Of a stretch of DNA of 64,000 nt, positions 9,205-19,150 are shown piece by piece (positions within the stretch are counted from its first letter, which is position 1; every line of letters begins with the position of its first letter). The stretch is taken from NCBI GenBank assembly GCA_045222555.1, contig JBGUYY010000072.1, positions 67,347-131,346 on the forward strand, written 5' to 3'. Both the position numbers and the translations under genes were made by a program. Below the pieces are notes generated by a model, which saw only the letters and a list, made by a program, of their open reading frames with translations, had not been told where the DNA came from and did not search any database. The DNA is from Bacteroidales bacterium. GTDB lineage: Bacteria > Bacteroidota > Bacteroidia > Bacteroidales > WCHB1-69.

Positions 9205-11232
9205 ATGGTTGAAAAAATGACAAAAAAGGCAATTTTGTGGTTGTTTTTTGTGGTTTTCTGCATGATGCCGTCGTTGCGTGCGCAGGTGGCGGTTACCTCA
9301 TCGTCGGGGCGTACGCCGGAGGATGTGGTGCGCACCATGTTGGTAGGCAACGGGGTACAGGTATCAAATGTGCGGTTCAATAATGTCACCACGGCTCTGA
9401 ATTCGACCAATGGGGCACAGTTGGGCTTCTTCACCAATAATACAAACACCTTTCCCACTTTGGGTTTCTCCAGCGGATTGATTATTGCCACGGGCGACAT
9501 CTTGAACGCGGTGGGACCTAATAATGAGGACGGGGCTGAGATTTCCGTTTCCAACAACGTGACCTGTTCGGAGTTGCAGGCGTTGGTGTATGACGATTTG
9601 TACTATCCCGCCGTTTTGGAGTTCGACTTTCTCACCACTGCCGACCAGGTGACCTTCAACTACATGTTTGCTTCGGAAGAGTATCCTGAATTTGTGGGTA
9701 TGGGCTACAACGATGTTTTCGGATTCTTTGTCACCGACCTCACCACGAACCAGACCACCAACGTGGCTCGTATTCCCAACACTACTCTGCCGGTTTCCAT
9801 CGACAATGTCAACGATTATTCCTATTCCCAGTATTACCATGAAATCAGTTATGGTTCTCCCTATATCCAGTATGATGCTTGTGTGGGGCCGCTGTCGGCT
9901 ACGTTTTCGGTAGTGCCGTGCCGCTGGTACCACATGAAGCTGGCCATCTCGAATGCGGGCGATGATCTCTATGGGTCTGCGGTGTTTATTGAAGGACAGA
10001 GTTTTACGGCCGTTGGTATGGAGGCTACGATTGTATATGATGTGGCGAGTCTACCTGTGGTTGTGCAAGACTGCAACACGGCTACGGTCACTTTCAACAT
10101 TCCGGAGGCTGTGAGTACGCCCACGGTCATCCCGTTGACCTACTCGGGTACGGCTGTCAATGGTGTGGATGTGCAGACATTACCCTCTTCGGTGACTATT
10201 CCTGCCGGACAAACTTCCGTTACCATCAACATCGTGGCTATTGGCGACTATACGCCCGACACGCTGATGTTGAACATCTATTATGAGACCATGTTGTGTG
10301 AGGAGGGAAGTACGGTGTCGATTATGGTTTGCAAGAACCAAGGTATAGAAATTGCGGCCAGCGACGTGCTGTTCTGTGAGCCAGTGGACAGCCTGCATGT
10401 GCAGCTGGTGAGTGGTGCGTGTGGCGAGGTGGTCTGGTCACCGTCGGATATGCTCACCAATCCGGATGCGCTGAATACGGGTTTCAACACGGAATACCTC
10501 ACTCCGACTACCTTCACGGTGACGGCGCATGACATTTTCCACTGCACCTCCAGCACGGTCACCTTCCAGTATGCGCATGGTGCCACGTTCAACGACACTA
10601 TCCGGGCCACCATCTGCGATGGGGCAGCTTTCAACCAATATGGTTTCCATGAATCGGAGACGGGTGTTTATACCCATTTCGAGCAGACTTCCTTTGGCTG
10701 CGACAGTATCGTGACACTGGTGCTGGAGTCGTATGCCGCGGATGCTGCCATTGAGGTGGGCGGCACCGACCTGTGCGACGACGGCTATGTGGAGCTGACT
10801 GCCGTGACCAGCAATGCCAATTTCCAATGGAGCAATGGTAGTACCGATCAGGTGCTCACGGTGACTCGTCCTGGCAATTATGTGCTGGATGCCTCCGATG
10901 GTCCCTGCCATGCCCGCGATATGGTGGTCATCGCCCCCTGTCCCGACGAAGAGATTTATATTCCTAATGCCATCACACCGACCAATATGGACGGTATTAA
11001 CGACTATTTCCAGATCTATATTCCAACCTCACTGGAGATTGTGGAGTTCGAAATCACCATCTATGACCGCTGGGGACGGTTGGTGTTCAGGTCTGAAGAG
11101 CCCGATTTCCGATGGAACGGCAAGGTCAACGGGAAATTCTTCCCCTCTTCCACCGTGCTCACTTATCGCATCATGATGAAGAGCCGTTGGCATCCCAAGA
11201 AGATTTACAAAGGGACGTTGACGATATTGTAG
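9205..11232 (+). CDS. Secreted T9SS cargo protein with type-B (gliding-motility-associated) C-terminal sorting domain; N-terminal choice-of-anchor-L-like region
   Basis: 675 aa with a signal peptide ending ..SLRAQ. C-terminus IYIPNAITPTNMDGINDYFQIY..ITIYDRWGRLVF..WNGK matches the TIGR04131-type T9SS type-B CTD. Alternative start at 9217. Confidence 0.8.
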   Translation: MVEKMTKKAILWLFFVVFCMMPSLRAQVAVTSSSGRTPEDVVRTMLVGNGVQVSNVRFNNVTTALNSTNGAQLGFFTNNTNTFPTLGFSSGLIIATGDILNAVGPNNEDGAEISVSNNVTCSELQALVYDDLYYPAVLEFDFLTTADQVTFNYMFASEEYPEFVGMGYNDVFGFFVTDLTTNQTTNVARIPNTTLPVSIDNVNDYSYSQYYHEISYGSPYIQYDACVGPLSATFSVVPCRWYHMKLAISNAGDDLYGSAVFIEGQSFTAVGMEATIVYDVASLPVVVQDCNTATVTFNIPEAVSTPTVIPLTYSGTAVNGVDVQTLPSSVTIPAGQTSVTINIVAIGDYTPDTLMLNIYYETMLCEEGSTVSIMVCKNQGIEIAASDVLFCEPVDSLHVQLVSGACGEVVWSPSDMLTNPDALNTGFNTEYLTPTTFTVTAHDIFHCTSSTVTFQYAHGATFNDTIRATICDGAAFNQYGFHESETGVYTHFEQTSFGCDSIVTLVLESYAADAAIEVGGTDLCDDGYVELTAVTSNANFQWSNGSTDQVLTVTRPGNYVLDASDGPCHARDMVVIAPCPDEEIYIPNAITPTNMDGINDYFQIYIPTSLEIVEFEITIYDRWGRLVFRSEEPDFRWNGKVNGKFFPSSTVLTYRIMMKSRWHPKKIYKGTLTIL

Positions 11233-11256
11233 GTCGGGGCGGTTTTGGGACGGTTG

Positions 11257-11296
11257 GACCAAAATGCATTTTGGTCATATTAGTTTTTCTTTTTTG
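11257..11296 (+). terminator. Rho-independent terminator after the T9SS cargo gene
   Basis: Perfect 20-nt palindrome GACCAAAATGCATTTTGGTC (11257-11276) followed by a T-rich tract. Confidence 0.6.
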
Positions 11297-11320
11297 CGAT
11301 TGGAATTTGCATGTGGTATT

Positions 11321-11376
11321 TGTAGAGACGGTGCGCATGTTGGAATTGTAGAGACGTTGCGCGCAACGTCTCTACA
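11321..11376. repeat. REP1 elements upstream of RAYT-1 (half-site plus full 30-nt palindrome)
   Basis: Half-site tgtagagacggtgcgca at 11321-11337. Full copy TGTAGAGACGTTGCGCGCAACGTCTCTACA at 11347-11376. Confidence 0.85.
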
Positions 11377-11452
11377 GAAACAGGAATTATCCCCCTCCCA
11401 TTGAGGAATGAAATTTATTTAAAAATATTCGTAAAAATTAACAAAATAATTG

Positions 11453-11460
11453 TATCTTTG
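11453..11460 (+). promoter_or_regulatory. Bacteroidota -7 box TATCTTTG upstream of RAYT-1
   Basis: TAnnTTTG match 28 nt before ATG 11488. Confidence 0.5.
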
Positions 11461-11487
11461 CCGCTCTAACTAATAATCTACTGCACT

Positions 11488-12102
11488 ATGTTTGACGAGA
11501 GATTTATGAATAAATATCGCATAGCCTCTGCCAGAGCCCAATGGCACGAATACAATGGCGGAGAGTATTTTGTAACTATTTGCACAAAAGACAGGGTTCG
11601 CTATTTCGGGGAAATTTCTAGTGGTAAAACGCGGGATGGCGCGAATGATATGAAAACAGAACCCAAAATGCGTTTGACTGAAATTGGGGAGTTTACGGAT
11701 TTGCAATTCCGAAATATTACAAAGCATTATCCGTATGCAAAAATTCCATTGTGGGTGGTGATGCCCAATCATATTCATGCTGTTGTGGTAATTGATAATA
11801 TAGATTGTAGAGACGTTGCGCCTGGTAATTGTAGAGACGTTGCGCGCAACGTCTCTACAGACAAAAACAACCATTCTATGCCGGTACATGCGCCCAAACG
11901 CAATACATTATCTGTGGTGATAAGGGGTATAAAATCTGCCGTAACAAAATATGCCAATGAAAATGGTATCCCCTTCGAATGGCAATCCCGATTCCACGAT
12001 AGAATCATACGCAATACAGAAGAAATGAATGAAATCGCAAAGTATATTGAAGAAAATGTAGCGAAGTGGCAGTATGATGAATTCTATGAGAAATCATTGT
12101 AG
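11488..12102 (+). CDS. REP-associated tyrosine transposase (RAYT, IS200/IS605 TnpA-like HUH protein) with REP1 copies embedded in frame
   Basis: 204 aa. AQWHEYNGGEYFVTICTKDR, HUH motif VVMPNHIHAVVVI, C-terminal IPFEWQSRFHDRIIRNTEEMNEIAKYIEENV. Flanked by REP1 palindromes. The internal segment CRDVAPGNCRDVARNVST is translated REP1. Confidence 0.85.
   Translation: MFDERFMNKYRIASARAQWHEYNGGEYFVTICTKDRVRYFGEISSGKTRDGANDMKTEPKMRLTEIGEFTDLQFRNITKHYPYAKIPLWVVMPNHIHAVVVIDNIDCRDVAPGNCRDVARNVSTDKNNHSMPVHAPKRNTLSVVIRGIKSAVTKYANENGIPFEWQSRFHDRIIRNTEEMNEIAKYIEENVAKWQYDEFYEKSL
11806..11859. repeat. REP1 half-site plus full palindrome inside the RAYT-1 coding frame
   Basis: Half-site tgtagagacgttgcgc at 11806-11821. 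Full copy TGTAGAGACGTTGCGCGCAACGTCTCTACA at 11830-11859. Confidence 0.9.
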
Positions 12103-12177
12103 AGACGTTTCGCGTAAAAATTTTGGTGACAATGTTGCGTATGATAATTGTAGAGACGTTGCGCGCAACGTCTCTAC
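12098..12177. repeat. REP1 half-site (contains the RAYT-1 stop codon) plus full palindrome downstream
   Basis: Half-site tgtagagacgtttcgcg at 12098-12114, with TAG stop at 12100-12102. Full copy TGTAGAGACGTTGCGCGCAACGTCTCTAC at 12149-12177. Confidence 0.85.
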
Positions 12178-12201
12178 TTGTTCACCAATAAATAAACAAT
12201 A

Positions 12202-12891
12202 TCACCAGCAGGGCAGTAGCAGGTCGCGCCATGGGATGTCGTGCGCCTCGCCGATGTCGTGGCGGGTGAGGATGCCCTTGTAGCAGTAGATGGCCTGCAT
12301 CAGCACGGGATTTTCTTGTAGGGCGTATCGCATTTCGCTGTTGAAAATAAGGGGGAAGATCAGCGACAGCACCAGGTCGCCGAGCGCGTTGCAGGCGGCG
12401 TAGGGACCGCCCTCCACATGGATGATATCTTGCAGCAGTTCACCATCTTCCACATTATGGACCAACCGTAACGAGAGGGCGGTGATGTTTTTTTTGTGGA
12501 GGATGGCCAAATGTTCGGGGGTGATGTTGGTGAGGGGGATGGGGGTGATAAGTATTTGACTGTCTTTTAGTTGATTGAGTTCTTCTGCGGTAAGTGGACG
12601 CAGGCTGATGAGAATGTCGGACTGTTGGATTACGTATCGGGCATCGTCTTCGATGAGGGCGCCGGCATCGGCGTAGTCGAGGTCGATGAAGTCGGCTCCT
12701 TTGCCCATGCCGCGTTCGGTGCGTACTGGCACGTGGTTCTCGACGAGCGTTTCTACGGAGTAGGGGGGGATGACGACCTCTTTGCGCGTTGTGAGTGCGT
12801 TGCCCTTGAGGATTCCGACGGCGAAACTGTGCTGTGCGGTGGCCTCACCTACCGCCTCCATCTGTGTCGCATGTTCGAAATCCTCTGTCAT
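12202..12891 (-). CDS. Alanine dehydrogenase/PNT N-terminal-domain-like protein (short, no obvious NAD domain)
   Basis: Pattern FAVGILKG..RKEVVIPPYSVETLVENHVPVRTERGMGKGADFIDLDYADAGALI..SDILISLRP resembles AlaDH_PNT_N. Start set at MTEDFEH; the ORF extends to 12921. Confidence 0.45.
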   Translation of the reverse strand: MTEDFEHATQMEAVGEATAQHSFAVGILKGNALTTRKEVVIPPYSVETLVENHVPVRTERGMGKGADFIDLDYADAGALIEDDARYVIQQSDILISLRPLTAEELNQLKDSQILITPIPLTNITPEHLAILHKKNITALSLRLVHNVEDGELLQDIIHVEGGPYAACNALGDLVLSLIFPLIFNSEMRYALQENPVLMQAIYCYKGILTRHDIGEAHDIPWRDLLLPCW

Positions 12892-12901
12892 GGCCGTGTG
12901 G

Positions 12902-13321
12902 TTAGTTGGGGATGGTCTCAAAAGTGCGCGATTGCGCCCCGTTGATGGTGATTCTTATCTTGACAAAATCGGGCTGAATCAGTTCTTCCACATTCTCAGG
13001 CCATTCCAAAAAGCAATAATTACCACTATAAAGATAATCTTCAGTTCCAATCTCGTAGGCGTCGGCGAGCTTTTCAATGCGGTAAAAGTCAAAGTGATAG
13101 ATGCTGTCACCCTCGCTGGTAAGATATTCATTTACAATGGCGAAGGTAGGACTCGAGGTGGTGTCTTCCACACCTAATTCATGACAAATTTCTTTGATAA
13201 AAGTGGTTTTCCCTGCTCCCATCTCCCCGTAAAAGCAAAATACACGGTCGTTAGGGAACTCCTGTAAAAGTGTCTTCGCCACGATAGGCAGTTCTTCTTC
13301 AGAGTGGATAGTGATTTTCAT
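12902..13321 (-). CDS. tsaE: tRNA threonylcarbamoyladenosine (t6A) biosynthesis ATPase TsaE
   Basis: P-loop FCFYGEMGAGKTTFIKEICHELGV and SPTFAIVNEY. Start set to MKITIH (13321) because a -7 box lies at 13340-13347, inside the longer ORF. Confidence 0.9.
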   Translation of the reverse strand: MKITIHSEEELPIVAKTLLQEFPNDRVFCFYGEMGAGKTTFIKEICHELGVEDTTSSPTFAIVNEYLTSEGDSIYHFDFYRIEKLADAYEIGTEDYLYSGNYCFLEWPENVEELIQPDFVKIRITINGAQSRTFETIPN

Positions 13322-13339
13322 ATCTTTACTAAAAGCGTG

Positions 13340-13347
13340 CAAAGATA
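13340..13347 (-). promoter_or_regulatory. -7 box (reverse complement TATCTTTG) for tsaE
   Basis: Plus strand CAAAGATA, 19 nt upstream of ATG 13321. Confidence 0.5.
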
Positions 13348-13487
13348 CAACTTTTTAACATATCTCGCACTCAATAATGAGAAAATTGGTTTCGTGATCA
13401 TGGTAAAGGAGGTCGTAAAAACAATATTGTTAAATGTTAATAATATATAAATTTTAATTAACAAATATATAATTATGATAATTTTTG

Positions 13488-13495
13488 TATTTTTG
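13488..13495 (+). promoter_or_regulatory. -7 box TATTTTTG upstream of the DUF1016 fragment and yraN
   Basis: TAnnTTTG match 28 nt before ATG 13523. Confidence 0.5.
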
Positions 13496-13522
13496 CAGTC
13501 GAATATGTGATAATTTATTGTA

Positions 13523-13921
13523 ATGAATAGTAAAATTAATAAAGAGGTGCCATGTAAGCAGGAAAAGTCATTGTTCAATGATGTCTGTAGCATCATTGAT
13601 GGTGCTCGCAGTCGAGTTGCTGTTTATGTTAATTCGGAAATCTGCATGGCTAGATGGTATGTGGGTAAACGCATTAAAGAGGATGTGTTGTATAACCAAC
13701 GTGCTGAGTACGGCAAACAAGTGGTTAGGAATCTTTCAAAAAAATTGACGGAAAGATACGGTAAGGGTTGGGGTTATGAGAGTCTAAAGCACTGCCTTCG
13801 CTGTGCGGAGGTTTTTGCCGAAGATGAAATTGGGTACGCGCTGCGTATCCAATTTACATGGACACAACGGGCTATAGCTATTGCAAAAGAACATTTAGCG
13901 GAACAAGTTAGTAAGGACTAA
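13523..13921 (+). pseudogene. Truncated YhcG/DUF1016-family (PDDEXK nuclease) gene; N-terminal third only
   Basis: LFNDVCSIIDGARSRVAVYVNSEICMARWYVGKRIKEDVLYNQRAEYGKQVVRNLSKKLTERYGKGWGYESL matches the DUF1016 N-terminal domain. Family members I recall are ~340-370 aa, whereas this ORF stops at 132 aa and loses resemblance after ~110 aa. Confidence 0.55.
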
Positions 13922-13925
13922 TGCG

Positions 13926-14288
13926 ATGACAGAAAAACAGATGACCGGCCAGTCGGGCGAGATGCTGGCCAAACAGTATTTATTAGACAAGGGTTACACG
14001 ATTTTGGAGACGAATTGGAGGTTCGGCCATTTGGAGGTGGATCTCATTGCGTTGAAGGAGGATGTGCTGGTGTTTGTGGAGGTGAAGACGCGGTCGAGCA
14101 ACAGTCTCACCGCGCCGGAGACCTCGGTGAATGCGCAGAAGCAGCGCAACATCATCCGTGCCGCCAACAGTTATGTGGTGCGCAACCAGTACACTTACGA
14201 TGTGCGGTTCGACATCATCACGGTGGTGACCACCCCGCAGGGGCCGCAGCTGGAGCACATCGCTGATGCCTATAAGCCGCGCTGGTGA
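13926..14288 (+). CDS. yraN: YraN-family (UPF0102) endonuclease-like protein
   Basis: 120 aa. GEMLAKQYLLDKGYTILETNWRFGHLEVDLIALKEDVLVFVEVKTRS is the classic YraN D..E-x-K core. Confidence 0.85.
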   Translation: MTEKQMTGQSGEMLAKQYLLDKGYTILETNWRFGHLEVDLIALKEDVLVFVEVKTRSSNSLTAPETSVNAQKQRNIIRAANSYVVRNQYTYDVRFDIITVVTTPQGPQLEHIADAYKPRW

Positions 14289-14364
14289 AACTGGCTGGGA
14301 AAGGACTAAAAAACGAAGGGTCTAAATTTTTCAGTAATTGTTGACGTAATTGCCAATAATGTTG

Positions 14365-14372
14365 TATCTTTG
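14365..14372 (+). promoter_or_regulatory. -7 box TATCTTTG upstream of hutU
   Basis: TAnnTTTG match 37 nt before ATG 14409. Confidence 0.5.
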
Positions 14373-14408
14373 CACTCTTTTTTTGAAGGCAATAAATTTT
14401 TTTAAGAT

Positions 14409-16412
<2,004 letters not shown>

Positions 16413-16442
16413 ATTGACTGTCTAACAAAACTTTATAAAATT

Positions 16443-17381
16443 ATGGCTAAATTAGCAGTGGTCGCTTTTGGTGGAAATGCATTATTGAGAAGCGGCCAGA
16501 AAGGTACTTATCAGGAACAACTTCAGAATGTGGCCCAGACGTGCAACTCACTGTTGGGTTTGTTGAAACAAGATTATAATATTGTCATCGGTCACGGTAA
16601 CGGACCGCAGGTAGGCAACGTGATGTTGCAGCACGAGGCGGGTAACAAGAGCTTCGAACTCCCCATCATGCCGATGGACTTCTGCGTGTCGGAGACACAA
16701 GGCTCGATTGGTTATCTGATTGAGCAGGCTTTCCGCAATCTTTTCGCCAAAGAAGGCCTCCAGAAGAATGTGGTCACGTTGGTGACGCAGGTGGAGGTGA
16801 ACGGCGAGGACCCGATGTTCAAGAACCCCACGAAGCCGGTGGGACCGTACTATACGGAGGAAGAGGCCGATGAGTATGCCGCTGAAACGGGTGCTATTTT
16901 CCGCGAGGATCCCAAAGGCAACGGCTGGCGCAAGGTGGTGGCTTCTCCGAAGCCGCTGAAGGTGTGCAACATCAACATCGTGAAGCAGCTGGCCGAGGCC
17001 GGCAATGTGGTCGTGACCGTGGGTGGCGGCGGCATTCCGGTAATTGTGAAAGACGGTCTCATCCATGGCGTGGAGGCAGTGATTGACAAGGACTTAGCAT
17101 CTGCGCTTACGGCTGTAGAGATCGGTGCTGATGAGTTCTACATCCTCACCGATGTGCCGAAAGTGTACCTTAACTTCAAGAAACCCAACGAGAAGGCACT
17201 CGACACCATCACCGTGGCAGAGGCGAAGCAGTACTTGGCGGAAGGTCATTTCACCGAAGGTTCGATGGCCCCGAAGATTCGGGCGGCTATTTACTTCGTG
17301 GAGAGTGGCGGCGCAGAGTGCATCATCACCGAAGCCGGACAGCTCGGAAATCCCGCGTGTGGTACGAGAATTGTGAGATAA
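16443..17381 (+). CDS. arcC: Carbamate kinase
   Basis: 312 aa. MAKLAVVAFGGNALL.., VIGHGNGPQVGN, ..VTVGGGGIPV.. are amino-acid-kinase-fold carbamate kinase motifs. Confidence 0.9.
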   Translation: MAKLAVVAFGGNALLRSGQKGTYQEQLQNVAQTCNSLLGLLKQDYNIVIGHGNGPQVGNVMLQHEAGNKSFELPIMPMDFCVSETQGSIGYLIEQAFRNLFAKEGLQKNVVTLVTQVEVNGEDPMFKNPTKPVGPYYTEEEADEYAAETGAIFREDPKGNGWRKVVASPKPLKVCNINIVKQLAEAGNVVVTVGGGGIPVIVKDGLIHGVEAVIDKDLASALTAVEIGADEFYILTDVPKVYLNFKKPNEKALDTITVAEAKQYLAEGHFTEGSMAPKIRAAIYFVESGGAECIITEAGQLGNPACGTRIVR

Positions 17382-17497
17382 ATCTCCGAAAAATACACCC
17401 TTGCTACAACGCGTGATAGGGTATTTAATTCTTTAATTGTTGATTATCAATAAATTAAAGAAAAATAGAAAGGAGTTGCAGATTTAAAATAAAGTTG

Positions 17498-17505
17498 TAA
17501 TTTTG
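17498..17505 (+). promoter_or_regulatory. -7 box TAATTTTG upstream of tRNA-Lys, embedded in a 9-bp inverted repeat (17472-17512)
   Basis: TAnnTTTG match 17 nt before the tRNA 5' end. GGAGTTGCA..TGCAACTCC brackets it. Confidence 0.5.
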
Positions 17506-17521
17506 CAACTCCAAAAACGGA

Positions 17522-17594
17522 GTCCCAGTAGCTCAGCAGGTAGAGCACATCCCTTTTAAGGATGGGGTCCTGGGTTCGAATCCCAGCTGAGACA
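17522..17594 (+). tRNA. tRNA-Lys (anticodon UUU)
   Basis: Hand-folded cloverleaf. Acceptor GTCCCAG/CTGAGAC (one C4:A69 mismatch). D-arm GCTC-AGCAGGTA-GAGC. Anticodon arm CATCC-CTTTTAA-GGATG. T-arm CTGGG-TTCGAAT-CCCAG. Discriminator A; no encoded CCA. Confidence 0.9.
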
Positions 17595-17599
17595 CAAGT

Positions 17600-17636
17600 C
17601 GCTCTAACACAACAAGTTAGAGCGATTTTTATTTTT
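17600..17636 (+). terminator. Rho-independent terminator after tRNA-Lys
   Basis: Stem CGCTCTAAC / GTTAGAGCG followed by TTTTTATTTTT. Confidence 0.75.
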
Positions 17637-17704
17637 AGGGTATGCAACCGATAGTGGTGAAAATATTTTTTCCAGATGGTGGTATGCCTTTTCGGGAAAA
17701 TCCT

Positions 17705-17712
17705 TATCTTTG
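17705..17712 (+). promoter_or_regulatory. -7 box TATCTTTG upstream of the ECF sigma operon
   Basis: TAnnTTTG match ~65-75 nt before the sigma-factor start. Confidence 0.5.
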
Positions 17713-17775
17713 CAGCGTTATTCGTTGCTACATCCTTAAAACAGAGGGTGGGCCACGGACATTGAAAACCTTGTT

Positions 17776-18366
17776 TTGGGAGCAATGTATGCGGAGTTGA
17801 AAAAACTTACTGACGCACAACTGATTGAGCGGCTGATTTCGAATGATGAATCCGCCATTGCTTACGTGTTCTATCATCAATACGAACCTCTTTTAAAATA
17901 TAATTTTAAAAAGACTGGGTGTTGTAAGGATATTGATTATGAGGATGTTATTCATGATTTGTTTTTGTATTTGAGTAAAAACGACTGGGAGAAATTACGG
18001 AAATATGATCCTAAATTACCCTTTGTGAATTGGTTTTCGGTGGTCTCATATCGTTTTTTTAAGGATTTGGCTGTTTCCATGATAGATTCTTCCCAGAAAA
18101 TCCCTATTTCTGAAATGGATGACCACTCTTTTTATTTGATGGGGAATAATCGTACAGAGGCCACGATAATGGATGTGAAGGCGGCCATTGCACAGTTGGA
18201 GCCTCCGAGAGACAGAGAGGTGGTAGAGGCGTTGGTGTTGAATGATGAAGAACCGGCGTATGTGGCCCAGCGGTTACATGTCACAGTGGATAATCTATAC
18301 AATATTAAAAGAAGGGCTTTGGCTAAGCTGATTCAGAAACACTTGCAGGATTATGTTAAAAAATAG
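17776..18366 (+). CDS. RNA polymerase sigma-70 family (ECF-type) sigma factor
   Basis: 196 aa. Region 2-like DLFLYLSKNDWEKLRKYD..PFVNWFSVVSYRFF and region 4 HTH PRDREVVEALVLNDEEPAYVAQRLHVTVDNLYNIKRRALAKLI. Alternative start at 17785. Confidence 0.8.
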   Translation: MGAMYAELKKLTDAQLIERLISNDESAIAYVFYHQYEPLLKYNFKKTGCCKDIDYEDVIHDLFLYLSKNDWEKLRKYDPKLPFVNWFSVVSYRFFKDLAVSMIDSSQKIPISEMDDHSFYLMGNNRTEATIMDVKAAIAQLEPPRDREVVEALVLNDEEPAYVAQRLHVTVDNLYNIKRRALAKLIQKHLQDYVKK

Positions 18367-19147
18367 TATGGAGAACGATCATAACATTTCAGACGAATTA
18401 TTAGCGAAGTACCTTAGTGGTTCAACTACGCCGGAGGAGACTGAACAGGTATTGGCATATCTTGCTGCTGATGATGAAAATATAGAGGATTTCAGCACAA
18501 TTTGCGAGGCTGTAAAATGCCAGCATGACTCAGAAAGGTCAGTCCACCAGCGCCGTTTGCGTCGCCGTATTCTCTGGATTGGCTCTTCAGTGGCCGCTGC
18601 CGTGGCCGTCATCTTCATCTGTCTCTTCGCACTCAAAATGGGTGGCGATGGCAATAATGCCAATCTGCTCGCTGATGCGAATGATAGCATCAGAAAGAGC
18701 TCGGGAAACACATCAACGATTTCCAGTGATTCTTTGGAAAATTCAAGGGTGAAGCCGTCGAATGGCACAGGAAAAGATGTTTTAGACAGTCGGATTCCTG
18801 TGCAGAAGGAGGTGCCGGCACCCACCTATGCAGATGGAATGAACCGTGCTCATTTTGCTCGTATGATTTATCCGTTCAAAGATGTGCAATATGTGACCGT
18901 GGGGAGGAAGTCCGTTGGTTTTAAGTGGGATAGTGATGCCGTGAAGGTGAGGTTGACGATACGGGATGACGTTTCAGATGAAAAGCTCCTGTTGGATGAA
19001 TGGATTTCTGGCAGCGACCATTTTAATTGGAGCCTTCCTCCAATTGAGGACCATGTCTTTTCATGGAAAATGATCTTTGTCTTTGAAGACGGCACTACGG
19101 TCATACGGCAGGGTCAGCTACAGGATGAGAATTTGATAATTGACTAG
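18353..19147 (+). CDS. Putative single-pass anti-sigma factor
   Basis: Follows the sigma gene, overlapping it by 14 nt or starting at ATG 18368, 1 nt after the stop. N-terminal cytoplasmic segment LLAKYLSGSTTPEETEQVLAYLAADDENIEDF, one TM helix ILWIGSSVAAAVAVIFICLFAL, and an extracytoplasmic C-domain. Confidence 0.55.
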   Translation: MLKNSMENDHNISDELLAKYLSGSTTPEETEQVLAYLAADDENIEDFSTICEAVKCQHDSERSVHQRRLRRRILWIGSSVAAAVAVIFICLFALKMGGDGNNANLLADANDSIRKSSGNTSTISSDSLENSRVKPSNGTGKDVLDSRIPVQKEVPAPTYADGMNRAHFARMIYPFKDVQYVTVGRKSVGFKWDSDAVKVRLTIRDDVSDEKLLLDEWISGSDHFNWSLPPIEDHVFSWKMIFVFEDGTTVIRQGQLQDENLIID

Positions 19148-19150
19148 AGG

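Noticed and set aside
11470-11889. 139-aa ORF antisense to RAYT-1
   Set aside because: It runs through the promoter and the REP palindromes, which read similarly on both strands. The sense strand has the HUH transposase motifs.
16443-17381. Carbamate kinase as evidence for an arginine deiminase operon
   Set aside because: No arcA, arcB or arcD-like genes are adjacent. Only arcC is present, so no pathway call is justified.
17447-17785. 112-aa minus-strand ORF covering the tRNA-Lys gene
   Set aside because: It overlaps a cloverleaf-folding tRNA, its terminator and promoter DNA, so it is not coding.
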